A stretch of DNA of 64,000 nt, taken from Synergistaceae bacterium (GTDB lineage: Bacteria > Synergistota > Synergistia > Synergistales > Aminobacteriaceae). Below are positions 18,065 through 27,825 of the stretch, in pieces. The first letter of the stretch is position 1, and each line of letters starts with the position of its first letter. The position numbers and the translations under genes were made by a program. The stretch spans positions 2,873 through 66,872 of the forward strand of contig JAFSLR010000313.1 of NCBI GenBank assembly GCA_017448375.1, given 5' to 3'. The notes under the pieces were generated by a model. That model was given only the letters and a program-made list of their open reading frames with translations. It ran no database searches and was not told where the DNA came from.

Positions 18065-19372
18065 CTATTCCTCGAAAAATATGGAATCGAAGCCTGTAGT
18101 CTCTAGTATTTCCATGACCTGCGGACGCACATTCTCTAGGAAAATATCGCCCTTCTTTTTCATAATGAGCAGAACACGAAGCCCCGCAGATGATATATAC
18201 TGAAGGTCAGCACAGTCGACATATACCATTTTGATATTCTTGGCTACCTTCTCATAAAATGACAGAATCTTGGGAGCTGTCAGTGAATCGATTCTGCCCG
18301 CCAGAGAAATGAAGAGTTTTTCTCCTTCTATCTGCGCTTTAATATCGAAGTTCTTTTCGGCGATACCTGATGTATCTATTTCCTCTCTGACTGCTGGTGC
18401 ACCCATGGAAGTGATTTTCCAGTATGCATTCCGCTTCATGGCTTCTTTTACGGCAACGACCTGCTCAGGCTTAAGTTTCTCGAATACTTTAAGTTCAGGC
18501 ATGTGATCAGCAACGATCATTCTCTCTGCTTTAAGGCCGTGTTTTGCCAAAAATTCCATAGCTTTTTTGATGTCCTCTGTAATATCGTCTTTTGGGCGAT
18601 TTTTAATAACGTCTTTCGGATCAATGACCAGCGAGTTGCCTTGAACAGCTGTGTCCGATTTATCCTCTACCCGTTTCTTCATGGAGTCCAGAGCCGCAAA
18701 CGCTCTGTCGCCAAGAATGGCTTTTACGACGAGGAGATAAGCCATGAGCCACTCCGGATCAATGGTGAGCCAACATCCTCCATGTTCGTCCAAAATTCTC
18801 TTCACATTGTCGCATAACGCCCCGACTTCTGAGTCGTTGAAATAGACCATGAGACCTTCTGTAGTGATGACAACTTTTCCCTTTACATCAGACAGCGCGG
18901 CCTTCAGCGAGTCATAGTTAGTTGCATCGACACCAGCAAACTTCACCATCTTTTTCTGTTTGTCATTCAGAAGCGTATTTATGGCAGGTTCAACTTCTGT
19001 AATGGTAGCCGGAAGATCAAGGCCTATGAACCTGTGTCCTGCTTTTATGTATCTTAGAGCCTTTGGCAGGTAACCGCATGGAAGATCGATTTCTGTGAAC
19101 TCCCCTTCCGACAAGGCTATTTTCTCAATAGTGTGATACCTCATATCCATCAGCAGACTCTCAATCAAGAGCTTAACCGCGTCTGAAGTTGTTGTGGCGC
19201 TATTCTGAGTATCTTCAGTGAGACCGAGTTTTTCAACCAGACGGATTGAGTCTTCATCACCCGATGCTGCCAGTTGATAGAGTGTCATTTTTGCAGTATT
19301 AAAAATAGGATTTGCCTGCTCCAGAAATTCAGCATCTACCTTAAGATCATCTAAGCTGAATAAATTGTTCAT
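18065..19372 (-). CDS. Class I SAM-dependent methyltransferase (LCMT/TcmP-like) fused to a C-terminal STAS domain
   Basis: IDLPCGYLP..FIGLDLP and VVITTEGLMVYF (SAM-MT motifs). The C-terminal GRIDSLTAPKIL..DCADLQYISSAGLRVLL..ILETTGF matches the SpoIIAA/STAS pattern. Confidence 0.7.
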   Translation of the reverse strand: MNNLFSLDDLKVDAEFLEQANPIFNTAKMTLYQLAASGDEDSIRLVEKLGLTEDTQNSATTTSDAVKLLIESLLMDMRYHTIEKIALSEGEFTEIDLPCGYLPKALRYIKAGHRFIGLDLPATITEVEPAINTLLNDKQKKMVKFAGVDATNYDSLKAALSDVKGKVVITTEGLMVYFNDSEVGALCDNVKRILDEHGGCWLTIDPEWLMAYLLVVKAILGDRAFAALDSMKKRVEDKSDTAVQGNSLVIDPKDVIKNRPKDDITEDIKKAMEFLAKHGLKAERMIVADHMPELKVFEKLKPEQVVAVKEAMKRNAYWKITSMGAPAVREEIDTSGIAEKNFDIKAQIEGEKLFISLAGRIDSLTAPKILSFYEKVAKNIKMVYVDCADLQYISSAGLRVLLIMKKKGDIFLENVRPQVMEILETTGFDSIFFEE

Positions 19373-19386
19373 TATGATTCTTCTTT

Positions 19387-19920
19387 CTAGAGTTCATTCT
19401 CTGCCAAAAACTTCTTCAATTCCTCGATCACTTTCGCTCCGTCGTAATCCTTGAATATTTTGACGAAACAGCCGCTAATCATCGGATTCAGAGCAAGCCC
19501 CATCTCCGCAGACCTGCAGTCCGTCATTAACCCATAACATCTTTTCTTGTTGGCGTAAGCAATGCCAAGTTCTACACATGCCCCCTCATCCGGAACGCGT
19601 CCGTCCAGTACCATGAAGAGAACATCTGCCTTGAGAATTTCGCTGACATCTTTATTGAAGATCATTCCGGTCTTCTCTGTCTCGTTTTTATTTTCCAGCT
19701 CTGATGCTAAGAAGCCGTCACGCTGAGGGAGAAAGACCGAGTAACCGTGATCCTCAAGGATTTTTGCGAGAAAGAGGTTGTAATCCCTCTCACTCTGTGA
19801 GAAGAGAGGCGCAGCGAAGTAGATAGAACCTTTTGATGTGGTAGTAGTATCTGCGGCTTCTAAAGTTACGGCTGTTCCCAGTAAGATTGTCATGATTACT
19901 AAACAGGTCAGAATTTTCAT
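19387..19920 (-). CDS. Nucleoside 2-deoxyribosyltransferase-like protein with N-terminal signal peptide
   Basis: Signal peptide MKILTCLVIMTILLGTAVTLEA. IYFAAPLFSQSER and DGRVPDEGACVELGIAYANKK match the NDT/DNPH1 family core, including the catalytic-type Glu. Confidence 0.65.
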   Translation of the reverse strand: MKILTCLVIMTILLGTAVTLEAADTTTTSKGSIYFAAPLFSQSERDYNLFLAKILEDHGYSVFLPQRDGFLASELENKNETEKTGMIFNKDVSEILKADVLFMVLDGRVPDEGACVELGIAYANKKRCYGLMTDCRSAEMGLALNPMISGCFVKIFKDYDGAKVIEELKKFLAENEL

Positions 19921-20042
19921 TTTATTTACCTTTCTGAAATTTAAAACTCTTTGTTTCTAATCATATCACGCATGTCAAGCAAGATACTTTAAACAGCCCC
20001 AAAGTTCTGCTGTATAATGCTCTTAAAGGCAGGTGATGATTC

Positions 20043-20885
20043 TTGGCAGTGAACGACGAACACAAAGATCGGGTCTTCAAGTTCCTGTTCGGTAATCCAG
20101 AGAATAAGCATTGGACTCTTTCGCTGTATAACGCAGTGAACGGGTCGAGCTATGGTGATCCTGAAGCAATACAGTTCAATACGATAGAGGATGCGGTCTA
20201 TCTCGGAATGAAAAACGACGCATCTTTTATAATTCTGAACGAGCTGAACTTGTGGGAGCATCAGAGCACGTTCAATCCGAATATGCCGATGCGGTTCTTT
20301 CTATATGCAGCAAAGCTGTATGAGAAGTATATAGCTAGCAGTGAGTACTACGCCTATAGCAGTGTGCTTCAAAGTATTCCCCGTCCGAAGTGTATATGCT
20401 TCTATAACGGGACAAAGGAGCAACCGGAGAGGGTAGTCCTGAAGCTGAGCGATGCGTTCGGAGGCGATGGAGATATTGAAGTAAAAGTGACCATGCTGAA
20501 TATCAACTACGGGAAGAATCGGAAGCTGATGGAAGCGTGTGAGCCTCTGAGGGAATATGCATGGTTGGTTGATAGCATCAGGCAGAAGCAGAAGATGTTG
20601 AAAGACTTAGAATTGGCAGTAGATAAGGCTATTGAAGAGATGCCAGAGGAATTTGTGATAAGAGGATTCCTGTTGTCAAATAAGGCGGAGGTGAAGGGAA
20701 TGTTTTTAACGGAGTATGACCAGGATAAGGTTCTGGCACAGGAGAGAAGGGAAGTTGAACGCATGACTTATGAGCAGGTTGCTGTGGATATGCTGAAAGA
20801 GAGGTTGCCGATAGCGTTGATAGCGAAGATAAGCAGACTTTCGGAAGAAGTGATACAGGGTTTGGCTCAAACACTCAACAAATGA
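20043..20885 (+). CDS. Rpn/YhgA-like PD-(D/E)XK recombination-promoting nuclease / putative transposase
   Basis: The NLWEHQSTFNPNMPMRFFLYAAKLY core resembles the E.QS..(N).MP.R..Y signature of the Rpn family. Confidence 0.55.
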   Translation: MAVNDEHKDRVFKFLFGNPENKHWTLSLYNAVNGSSYGDPEAIQFNTIEDAVYLGMKNDASFIILNELNLWEHQSTFNPNMPMRFFLYAAKLYEKYIASSEYYAYSSVLQSIPRPKCICFYNGTKEQPERVVLKLSDAFGGDGDIEVKVTMLNINYGKNRKLMEACEPLREYAWLVDSIRQKQKMLKDLELAVDKAIEEMPEEFVIRGFLLSNKAEVKGMFLTEYDQDKVLAQERREVERMTYEQVAVDMLKERLPIALIAKISRLSEEVIQGLAQTLNK

Positions 20886-20976
20886 GATTAGAGAGTATAA
20901 CTATTTGTCTGCATGTAGAGAGAGCGAAAACATAAAGCATTGTGATATTTAGTAGAAAGGTAGCGAATCAAGAATA

Positions 20977-23394
20977 TCAATCTAGGTTCACACTTGGAGT
21001 GCCAAATACTCTCTGTTCCAGTGCTTTAATCCTTGCTTCCGCTGCGTTGATGTAGATTTCGGAATCTGTTTTTCTATAGATAACTACTGCTTTTTTCAGG
21101 CATTCGATGGCTTTATCAGCATTCTGTGCGTATTCCCATATTTTAGAGCGGAAATGCCAATCTTTTGCAATGTCGATATGATCCGGTCCTAGAAGCGGAA
21201 GCAACGTTTCACGAGCCACTTGGCTGTAATGAAGAGCGTCTTCTATTTTCCCTTCCCTGGCCAGAAGTACTGCGTATATTTCATATGAAAAACTTCTTGA
21301 GTAATCATCATGAAACATGTTGAAGTGTGCAATTCCTTGCTGAATCATCTCTATCGCTTCGTCATAGCGACCCAGAAGGTAGAGAATCTTAGAAAGATGA
21401 TATTCAGACCAACCCATTGCCTGCTCCGGCGTACAGCTATAAAATACGGAACAGAGTGCGTGGTTTTTTAGTTCCTGAGCATAGGCGGCCTCATAGTTTC
21501 CTAGCGAATAGTTTGCTTCTACGATACGTCCAGCGTTGTGTTGCATTAGATCACCTTCGAAACGGTCTATATCCTCGATCGGAACATCCTTTGTCAGTGC
21601 AGCTCCCTCCTCCGCAACAACGAGGCCTTCTTGATTCCTGCCGATCAGGATTAGTCCGTGAGCTAGTTTGTCGTAGCCATAGAGCTTCTGATACCGGAGA
21701 GGCGCTTCTACGATCAATTTTTTGCAGTCATCAAAGACCTGCTTGTAGAGGGAAAGGTCATAAACACGACCAATCTTTATGATGAGTGCATTCCAGTAGA
21801 GCGGGTGATTTTTCGGGAGGCGACGGCACATGGTATCTGCAATCTCCTTGATGCGGAACCGTTCCATCACAGGAAGTTGTGGACCCCATTTATAGGTCTC
21901 ATAGAAACTTGTAACCATCCTATGACAGCACTCTGAGTCCTTTTCTAACTCCTCCAGCATAAGATCGGCAATGAGGGGATGAAGGTGTACAGTATCCTGC
22001 ACCTCGTCATGAATGATCCAGCTACGTGCAATAAGACTGTCGATTAGGTCATAGTCTTCAAAACCGCACCATTTATAGAAGGTTTCCACATGAATGCCGA
22101 CGTTTGAGATTAGGGATAGATTTTTCAGGAGTCTCACTTCTTCCGCCGAAAGAGTGGACAGACGAAAGACCGCCCGGAGCCTTCCAAATATTTGATCTGC
22201 AAGTTTCTCGTTTTCCCTAAGGTTATGCAGCCGGTCATCTCTCAGTAGTTCTAACATCTTCTCCGGCTTTATCCGCCTTGACTGCATAGCTGAAGCCACC
22301 AGGCGGATACTCAGGGTATGGCGGTCAAGCAGGGTAATCAACTTCCGAACGATTTCTGTATCGACAGGTCCCATAGCTCGTGTATATTCGGAACGGAAGA
22401 CGGCAAGAAGCTCCTCATCGTTCTGCATTGGCTGCACTTCCATTTCGCGGTGCGCGCACCCTTGATGTATTCGTGTCGTGAAAATTACGCTATAAGTTCC
22501 GGAGAGGAATAGATCCAAGTCCGGGTCTCCATCCACATCAAAATTATCGACTACGATCAGGATTCTATGGTCCGCAATTCGCTTCATCAGTTCAATTTTC
22601 CTTCGTCCGTAGGCTTCATCGGAGTCAGCAGTAAATTCAGTTCGCTGTATCCCGTCAATGGGAAATGCGGAATCGCTGGCAAGAGTATGAGCAAGGCTTC
22701 CTTCAAAGGGTACCCACAGGACGGCATTGTAACGTTCAGCGTTTTCCTTGACATACATTTTAGCGAGCTCACTTTTTCCGAGTCCGCCCATTCCAACAAG
22801 AAACAGCTTATTGTATGTTCCGGATAGCTGTTCCTTAATGTAACTTAGTTCGTTCCTGCGTCCGACAAATTTCGTATCTGGGTAGACTAAAGATGTGATC
22901 AGTCTGTAGTTTTTTACAGGGAAAATGGTCTCTCCTGATAAAGCAGGAGTGGAAGTTAGCTCGACAAACTGCTCCTTTCCAAGAAGCCTTGAGACACGAT
23001 CTACTAGTTCCCGCACCTTGAGTAGTTCTGGTGGAATACCGCCATTCATGATGTGAATGCGCCCCAAGAAATAATACATGTCGTCACTAAGCTGGCATTG
23101 CTCAATCTGAAAAGGAAGGAGAGATATATCCTCATGGTTCTTGAAACGCTCGAAAGCGATATTAACCTCGTTGAAGCAATGCTCAGATAGATTTGACTTG
23201 CTATTTAAAACAAGTAAAAAGACTCGGCAGTACCGTATTGCTCGCACGATGGAACGAGCGTAATCATCGCTGCAGTCCCGCGGTGCGTACCAACAACTGA
23301 TTCTGGCGCTCTCCAGTGCAACAGCTAACTTATGCACAATATCTCCAGCACTGTCTGTGTGATAACTTATGAATACATCTCGCTTCTCATCCAT
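20977..23394 (-). CDS. TIR - NB-ARC (STAND NTPase) - TPR protein
   Basis: ORF track 20977..23454. ATG 23394 with GAGGA upstream gives MDEKRDVFISYHTDS (TIR betaA). SEHCFNEV is a TIR Glu motif. P-loop GMGGLGKSE, Walker B ILIVVDNFD, C-terminal TPR-like helices. Confidence 0.85.
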   Translation of the reverse strand: MDEKRDVFISYHTDSAGDIVHKLAVALESARISCWYAPRDCSDDYARSIVRAIRYCRVFLLVLNSKSNLSEHCFNEVNIAFERFKNHEDISLLPFQIEQCQLSDDMYYFLGRIHIMNGGIPPELLKVRELVDRVSRLLGKEQFVELTSTPALSGETIFPVKNYRLITSLVYPDTKFVGRRNELSYIKEQLSGTYNKLFLVGMGGLGKSELAKMYVKENAERYNAVLWVPFEGSLAHTLASDSAFPIDGIQRTEFTADSDEAYGRRKIELMKRIADHRILIVVDNFDVDGDPDLDLFLSGTYSVIFTTRIHQGCAHREMEVQPMQNDEELLAVFRSEYTRAMGPVDTEIVRKLITLLDRHTLSIRLVASAMQSRRIKPEKMLELLRDDRLHNLRENEKLADQIFGRLRAVFRLSTLSAEEVRLLKNLSLISNVGIHVETFYKWCGFEDYDLIDSLIARSWIIHDEVQDTVHLHPLIADLMLEELEKDSECCHRMVTSFYETYKWGPQLPVMERFRIKEIADTMCRRLPKNHPLYWNALIIKIGRVYDLSLYKQVFDDCKKLIVEAPLRYQKLYGYDKLAHGLILIGRNQEGLVVAEEGAALTKDVPIEDIDRFEGDLMQHNAGRIVEANYSLGNYEAAYAQELKNHALCSVFYSCTPEQAMGWSEYHLSKILYLLGRYDEAIEMIQQGIAHFNMFHDDYSRSFSYEIYAVLLAREGKIEDALHYSQVARETLLPLLGPDHIDIAKDWHFRSKIWEYAQNADKAIECLKKAVVIYRKTDSEIYINAAEARIKALEQRVFGTPSVNLD

Positions 23395-23768
23395 AGTGTT
23401 ATTTTCCTCGTTTTTTTTTCTGTCAATGGTCTTGCAGTACTGCCGCACAAGCACAGTTATAATAACAAAAATGTCCTTATTCTAGAAGCTCCAGCTTAAG
23501 TTGGATTGTCTGGATCACAATGCTTCTTTCCCTTAGCTGTCTAATAACATTAAGGTATAAATATATTTAGTAATTTTTGCCCATTATAACAGTTCTTTTA
23601 TAAAAATATTTTTTATGTTTAGTTTAACGATACTTGATATTATCTGAATTATACTAGAAAATTTCATCTGATTGAACATAGGCGTTGAATGGTGCTGGAG
23701 GCGTTTTTTTTAAAAGTTTTGAAGTAATGATATACTATTTTATAATTTAGCGAAGAGGTATTTCGATA

Positions 23769-25433
23769 TTGGAAGCATCAAGAGATGAAATATTTGATAT
23801 TTTTGTTTCCTACAGGTTCAGTGACGGCGAACTCATAAGCAGGAAATTTGCCGATGCCTTAAAGGAGATGGGATATTCCGTTTATCACAATTCAGACAGG
23901 AATCATAAAGGGAAGTTTCCTGATCGACTGAAGAGAGTGATAGACCACGTAAGGGATTTCCTGCTGATTGTTACGGAAAAGTGTTTGGAACATTTGATTA
24001 ACAGTACCGACTCGGACGGAATTGACTGGGTAAAGGAAGAACTGTTAGAGGCTATTGCGCAGGGGAAGAATATTATTCCTGTAATGATAGCTAATGTTGA
24101 TTGGCCAAAAAACTTATCGGTTTTGTCTAATGAAACCACTTCACTTATCCGGGATTTATCTGAACGTGAGAACATCAGGCTTCCGATTGATTTCGAGAAA
24201 GCACCTCCGCTGATTCTACTTTGCGGGAAACTGGATTCGAGGCCTAATGCTGGTGGTGTATTCAGAAATCAGAAGAATGATCCCAAATATGTTGATGTGA
24301 AGAAGCTGCTAGCTCAGCTCACGGATGAAGCGAATAACGGTAACCCTGTGGCAATGTACCAGCTTGCGGTTTTGTACCGTAACGGACTGGGTGATAAGCC
24401 TCGTGATAGTATCAATGAATATTATTGGCTGAAAAAGTTAATAGAAATTAATGATGAATCGGAGGAGGCGAAAAAGTATAAGGCTCACGCATATTGGCAT
24501 TTGGGTGGAATGTATTATAATGGTGAAGTTCCCGAAGAGAGACAATCATTCGAAGAATCGTATAAGTGTAAAGAGAAGGCTAGTCGTTTATGCCCTGATG
24601 ATTCCTCGTTTAACTCTTCGCTAATGTACATGAAATCATGGGTAGTTGGAGTTGCATTTGATTATGAGGATATTGTTCGTTCTTTTGAGGCTATAGATGA
24701 TTTAGAAAGCGCAGAAGCTAGTATAATTTTGCATCAGGCTGAATTTTATGATAGATATGGGGATTTTTCTCGGGCGATAGATTTATACCTCCGAGTATCT
24801 CATATATATAGCGGTGCTGCCTATAGGTTAGGAATGCTGTATCTGCGAGGGGTAGATTCAAATCCCCCTGATCCAAACGGAGTTTCAGCAGCTCATTACT
24901 TACAGGAAGCCGCAGATATGGGTTCTATAGAAGCGGCATATGAATTAGGAGTACTATATTTTCGTCCGCCTATTTCGAAAACAAGAGCAAAAAATGTCCA
25001 CCAAAACATAAAGAAAGCGATAAAATACTTAAAGATTGCCGCAAATATTAATCATACCAACGCACAATATTATCTCGAATGGATATATTCTCATGATTTA
25101 GGAATTAGTCAGGATATTGCCAAGGCAATTGAATATGGAGAAAACGCTGCAAGAAGTGGCTCGCTAAATGCTATGGTTACCCTTATCAGGTTATATCAGC
25201 ATGAAGAGTGCAAAAATTACGAAAGAGCCTGTCATTATGCGGTTAAAGCTGCAGAAGCCTACCAAGAGGCCGCATTATCTGCGGGGTATTTCTTCTTGTT
25301 TGGATGGGGGTGTGAACCAAATTTGAGTGAAGCAAGAAAATATTTTAGGATGGCCCTTAAGCAGCATACACTTGAAGCTCAATACATGCTGGACTTGATT
25401 CATGAGATAGAGGAGAAAGGCAACCTTGCATGA
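23769..25433 (+). CDS. TIR - Sel1-repeat (SLR) protein
   Basis: DIFVSYRFSDGE.. and IDWVKEELLEA (TIR), followed by Sel1-like units (AMYQLAVLYRNGLG, AAYRLGMLYLRG, AAYELGVLYF). TTG start in the track. Confidence 0.8.
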   Translation: MEASRDEIFDIFVSYRFSDGELISRKFADALKEMGYSVYHNSDRNHKGKFPDRLKRVIDHVRDFLLIVTEKCLEHLINSTDSDGIDWVKEELLEAIAQGKNIIPVMIANVDWPKNLSVLSNETTSLIRDLSERENIRLPIDFEKAPPLILLCGKLDSRPNAGGVFRNQKNDPKYVDVKKLLAQLTDEANNGNPVAMYQLAVLYRNGLGDKPRDSINEYYWLKKLIEINDESEEAKKYKAHAYWHLGGMYYNGEVPEERQSFEESYKCKEKASRLCPDDSSFNSSLMYMKSWVVGVAFDYEDIVRSFEAIDDLESAEASIILHQAEFYDRYGDFSRAIDLYLRVSHIYSGAAYRLGMLYLRGVDSNPPDPNGVSAAHYLQEAADMGSIEAAYELGVLYFRPPISKTRAKNVHQNIKKAIKYLKIAANINHTNAQYYLEWIYSHDLGISQDIAKAIEYGENAARSGSLNAMVTLIRLYQHEECKNYERACHYAVKAAEAYQEAALSAGYFFLFGWGCEPNLSEARKYFRMALKQHTLEAQYMLDLIHEIEEKGNLA

Positions 25434-25451
25434 TAACTGACCATTTGCGCT

Positions 25452-27824
25452 TTACTCTTCACTTTCTTGCGCTGTGCGAATACTTTGCTCTGCATCTTGC
25501 CTTTTTTGTCTGATGCGTACTACATGAGGGTTATCTTCTCCGAGATACTGTTCCATGTCTAGCTCAAGAACGCTGTATAACATGACAGCTTCTTTTAGGT
25601 CGCCTTTGCGATAGGTATGATCAGCTATAGCTTCCCGCGTGTATGCTGTAGTCATGCTTTTATTCCCTAGATTTCTGAATTTAATTTCTAGCGCACAGTG
25701 AAGATTTTTTTCTGCTTTCTCATATTGTCTTATGTGACTATAGCAAATACCTAAGTCTGCTAAAACATATGCACTGCTTGTATTTTCTTCTCCATAATGA
25801 AGCATCATGAAGTCATAATTGCTCTTGCAGAGTGTTATAGCTTCTTCGTATTTCCCTTGCAACATAAGCATACGTTCTCTTGCTATCCTCAAATCCTCAT
25901 ACTGCTCTGGATAAGCATCACCATTTTGAATTAAGTAAAGATACATTTTCTCTGCCTCATCATAATGTCTTACAGCTTCTTCAAAATCTCCGCGTTCAGA
26001 AGCACAGCGGCCAATCTTGAAGCAAGCCTGAGCAAATTTCGCTGATATTGGCGCGTTGCTTGCCCTGTAGTGTTCAAATGATTTCTTATAAAACTGTTCT
26101 GCGGAAGAATCATCACCGCTGTTCAAGTATGCCCCCGCAAGATACAATGCCGCTAGAGCTGCCTGTTCTGACATGTCTCCGTATTCCCTGCATGAGAACG
26201 CATAAAACATTCTGCCCATTTCTTTAGCTTTTTCGTAATCTCCGCAAATCCAGCAAATGTTTACAAAGTCGCTGTATTCTGTGTAAAGAGATTTTACAGC
26301 TTCTGGGAACAAATATAGAAAATGCGACAAAAGCGGATAGTAGTTATTCCTTTCCTCTTCAGTTAGCCACCAGCTATCTTTCATGAGTAACCACAGGCCA
26401 GTTACGTAATCACGGCAATTTTCAGGGTCAGGCTTCAATTCGTTCACAATGACATCACGGATTATGGAGTGCAGTTGAAGCACGTCATTTTCTTTGTCCA
26501 GTACAAGCCAGCTATTATCTATTAGCCCGTTAATTACGTCATAATTATCGAGTTTCAGTATTTGGCCTAATAATGTCGCTTCGATACCGTTCGGAGGAAC
26601 TAATGACATGTACATGAGAATATGTTGCTTATCCTCTGATAGTCTTTCAAGCCTGAAAAGCTGCCGAATGTGATAATAAGAGCTATATTTTTCCGCAGTA
26701 CCTTTCATCTGTACACCCTCTTGCAAGGGCAGATGGATTCCCGAATCTTTCAGCAACTGGAGCATTTTTTCAGGCTTGATGAAACTTGCTCGCATCTGTT
26801 TCGCTATAAGCTCGACAGTTATTGTGTGATAGCTAATCAGATGGAGTATTTCATCTATGATACTCCAATTTTTGACATGGCGGTCATAATATTTCCTGAA
26901 AATATTTCTGACTTGTTCAATGTTCTCAATATGTCCAATGTGAATAACGGGGTAATCGCTGTGATTGTTGCGCGTAGTGATTAAGACGTGGCATGGACAA
27001 TTCAGAATGTCTTCTAAGTATGGATCATTATCTGTGTCGAAGTTATCGATGATTAAAAGTGTTCTTTCGTTCACAATGCGCCGAAAAACATTCATTTTTC
27101 TCTGATACCAAGCCTCAATAGTTTCCTGCTCACTGCGCTGTAGATTCTCTATCAGAATTTCATTGCCGCAGAAAAGTTCCTGCAATCCTGAAATATACCG
27201 CGTAAATATTATTGTGCTGTAACGAGACCTGAAAAGTTCTGCATACCTTCTAGCGATTTCACTTTTTCCGATTCCCCCCATGCCTTGAAGAAATAGAACG
27301 TGCTCACAGGTGAAATGATCTGCAATCTGCTTTATCTCTGAGTCCCTGCCTAAAAATGATTCCTTGGGATATTCTATACGTTCAACAAGTTGCAAGCGAT
27401 TGGGATTAAGGTATACGGCATCTTCATCAGAAACATGAAGTACTCTTTGAAGCAACTCCTCTATTCGTTCTTCCAGAGGAGGCACTGAAGCATCCAGCCA
27501 GTGAGCGGGGGCTAGATGATAGCGCATTTTAGGACTCAGGTCTGTATTGTCTATTTTGAACGGTATAATGTAGTAGCATGTACGTGTAGCTTCGGTTAAC
27601 TCTTTCAGGCATTCCGGCGAATTGATAGTATATTCGCCAACAATGAAGATGAAAATATCCGCCCGCGAAAGACCGTCCATGATTGATCCAGCCCAGTCGC
27701 CAGATGATATATTTCTGGGAGCAATCCAGCATGAAATACCATTTTCCTCAAGTCTACAGCATATTTTCTGAGCAATCGATGAATACTGATGTGCGTGAGA
27801 TATGAATGCCAGATGTTTTTCCAT
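25452..27824 (-). CDS. TIR - NB-ARC (STAND NTPase) - TPR protein, paralog
   Basis: HLAFISHAH.. and SPECLKELTEA (TIR). GMGGIGKSE, LLIIDNFD, FIKPEKMLQLLKD (shared with the 20977 paralog) and TPR repeats. Its start lies 1 nt after the upstream stop. Confidence 0.85.
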   Translation of the reverse strand: MEKHLAFISHAHQYSSIAQKICCRLEENGISCWIAPRNISSGDWAGSIMDGLSRADIFIFIVGEYTINSPECLKELTEATRTCYYIIPFKIDNTDLSPKMRYHLAPAHWLDASVPPLEERIEELLQRVLHVSDEDAVYLNPNRLQLVERIEYPKESFLGRDSEIKQIADHFTCEHVLFLQGMGGIGKSEIARRYAELFRSRYSTIIFTRYISGLQELFCGNEILIENLQRSEQETIEAWYQRKMNVFRRIVNERTLLIIDNFDTDNDPYLEDILNCPCHVLITTRNNHSDYPVIHIGHIENIEQVRNIFRKYYDRHVKNWSIIDEILHLISYHTITVELIAKQMRASFIKPEKMLQLLKDSGIHLPLQEGVQMKGTAEKYSSYYHIRQLFRLERLSEDKQHILMYMSLVPPNGIEATLLGQILKLDNYDVINGLIDNSWLVLDKENDVLQLHSIIRDVIVNELKPDPENCRDYVTGLWLLMKDSWWLTEEERNNYYPLLSHFLYLFPEAVKSLYTEYSDFVNICWICGDYEKAKEMGRMFYAFSCREYGDMSEQAALAALYLAGAYLNSGDDSSAEQFYKKSFEHYRASNAPISAKFAQACFKIGRCASERGDFEEAVRHYDEAEKMYLYLIQNGDAYPEQYEDLRIARERMLMLQGKYEEAITLCKSNYDFMMLHYGEENTSSAYVLADLGICYSHIRQYEKAEKNLHCALEIKFRNLGNKSMTTAYTREAIADHTYRKGDLKEAVMLYSVLELDMEQYLGEDNPHVVRIRQKRQDAEQSIRTAQESEE

Positions 27825-27825
27825 G

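Noticed and set aside
23671-23715. T8 run at 23706-23713 as a terminator
   Set aside because: The preceding sequence contains a direct repeat (aggcg..aggcg), not an inverted one, so no stem can form.
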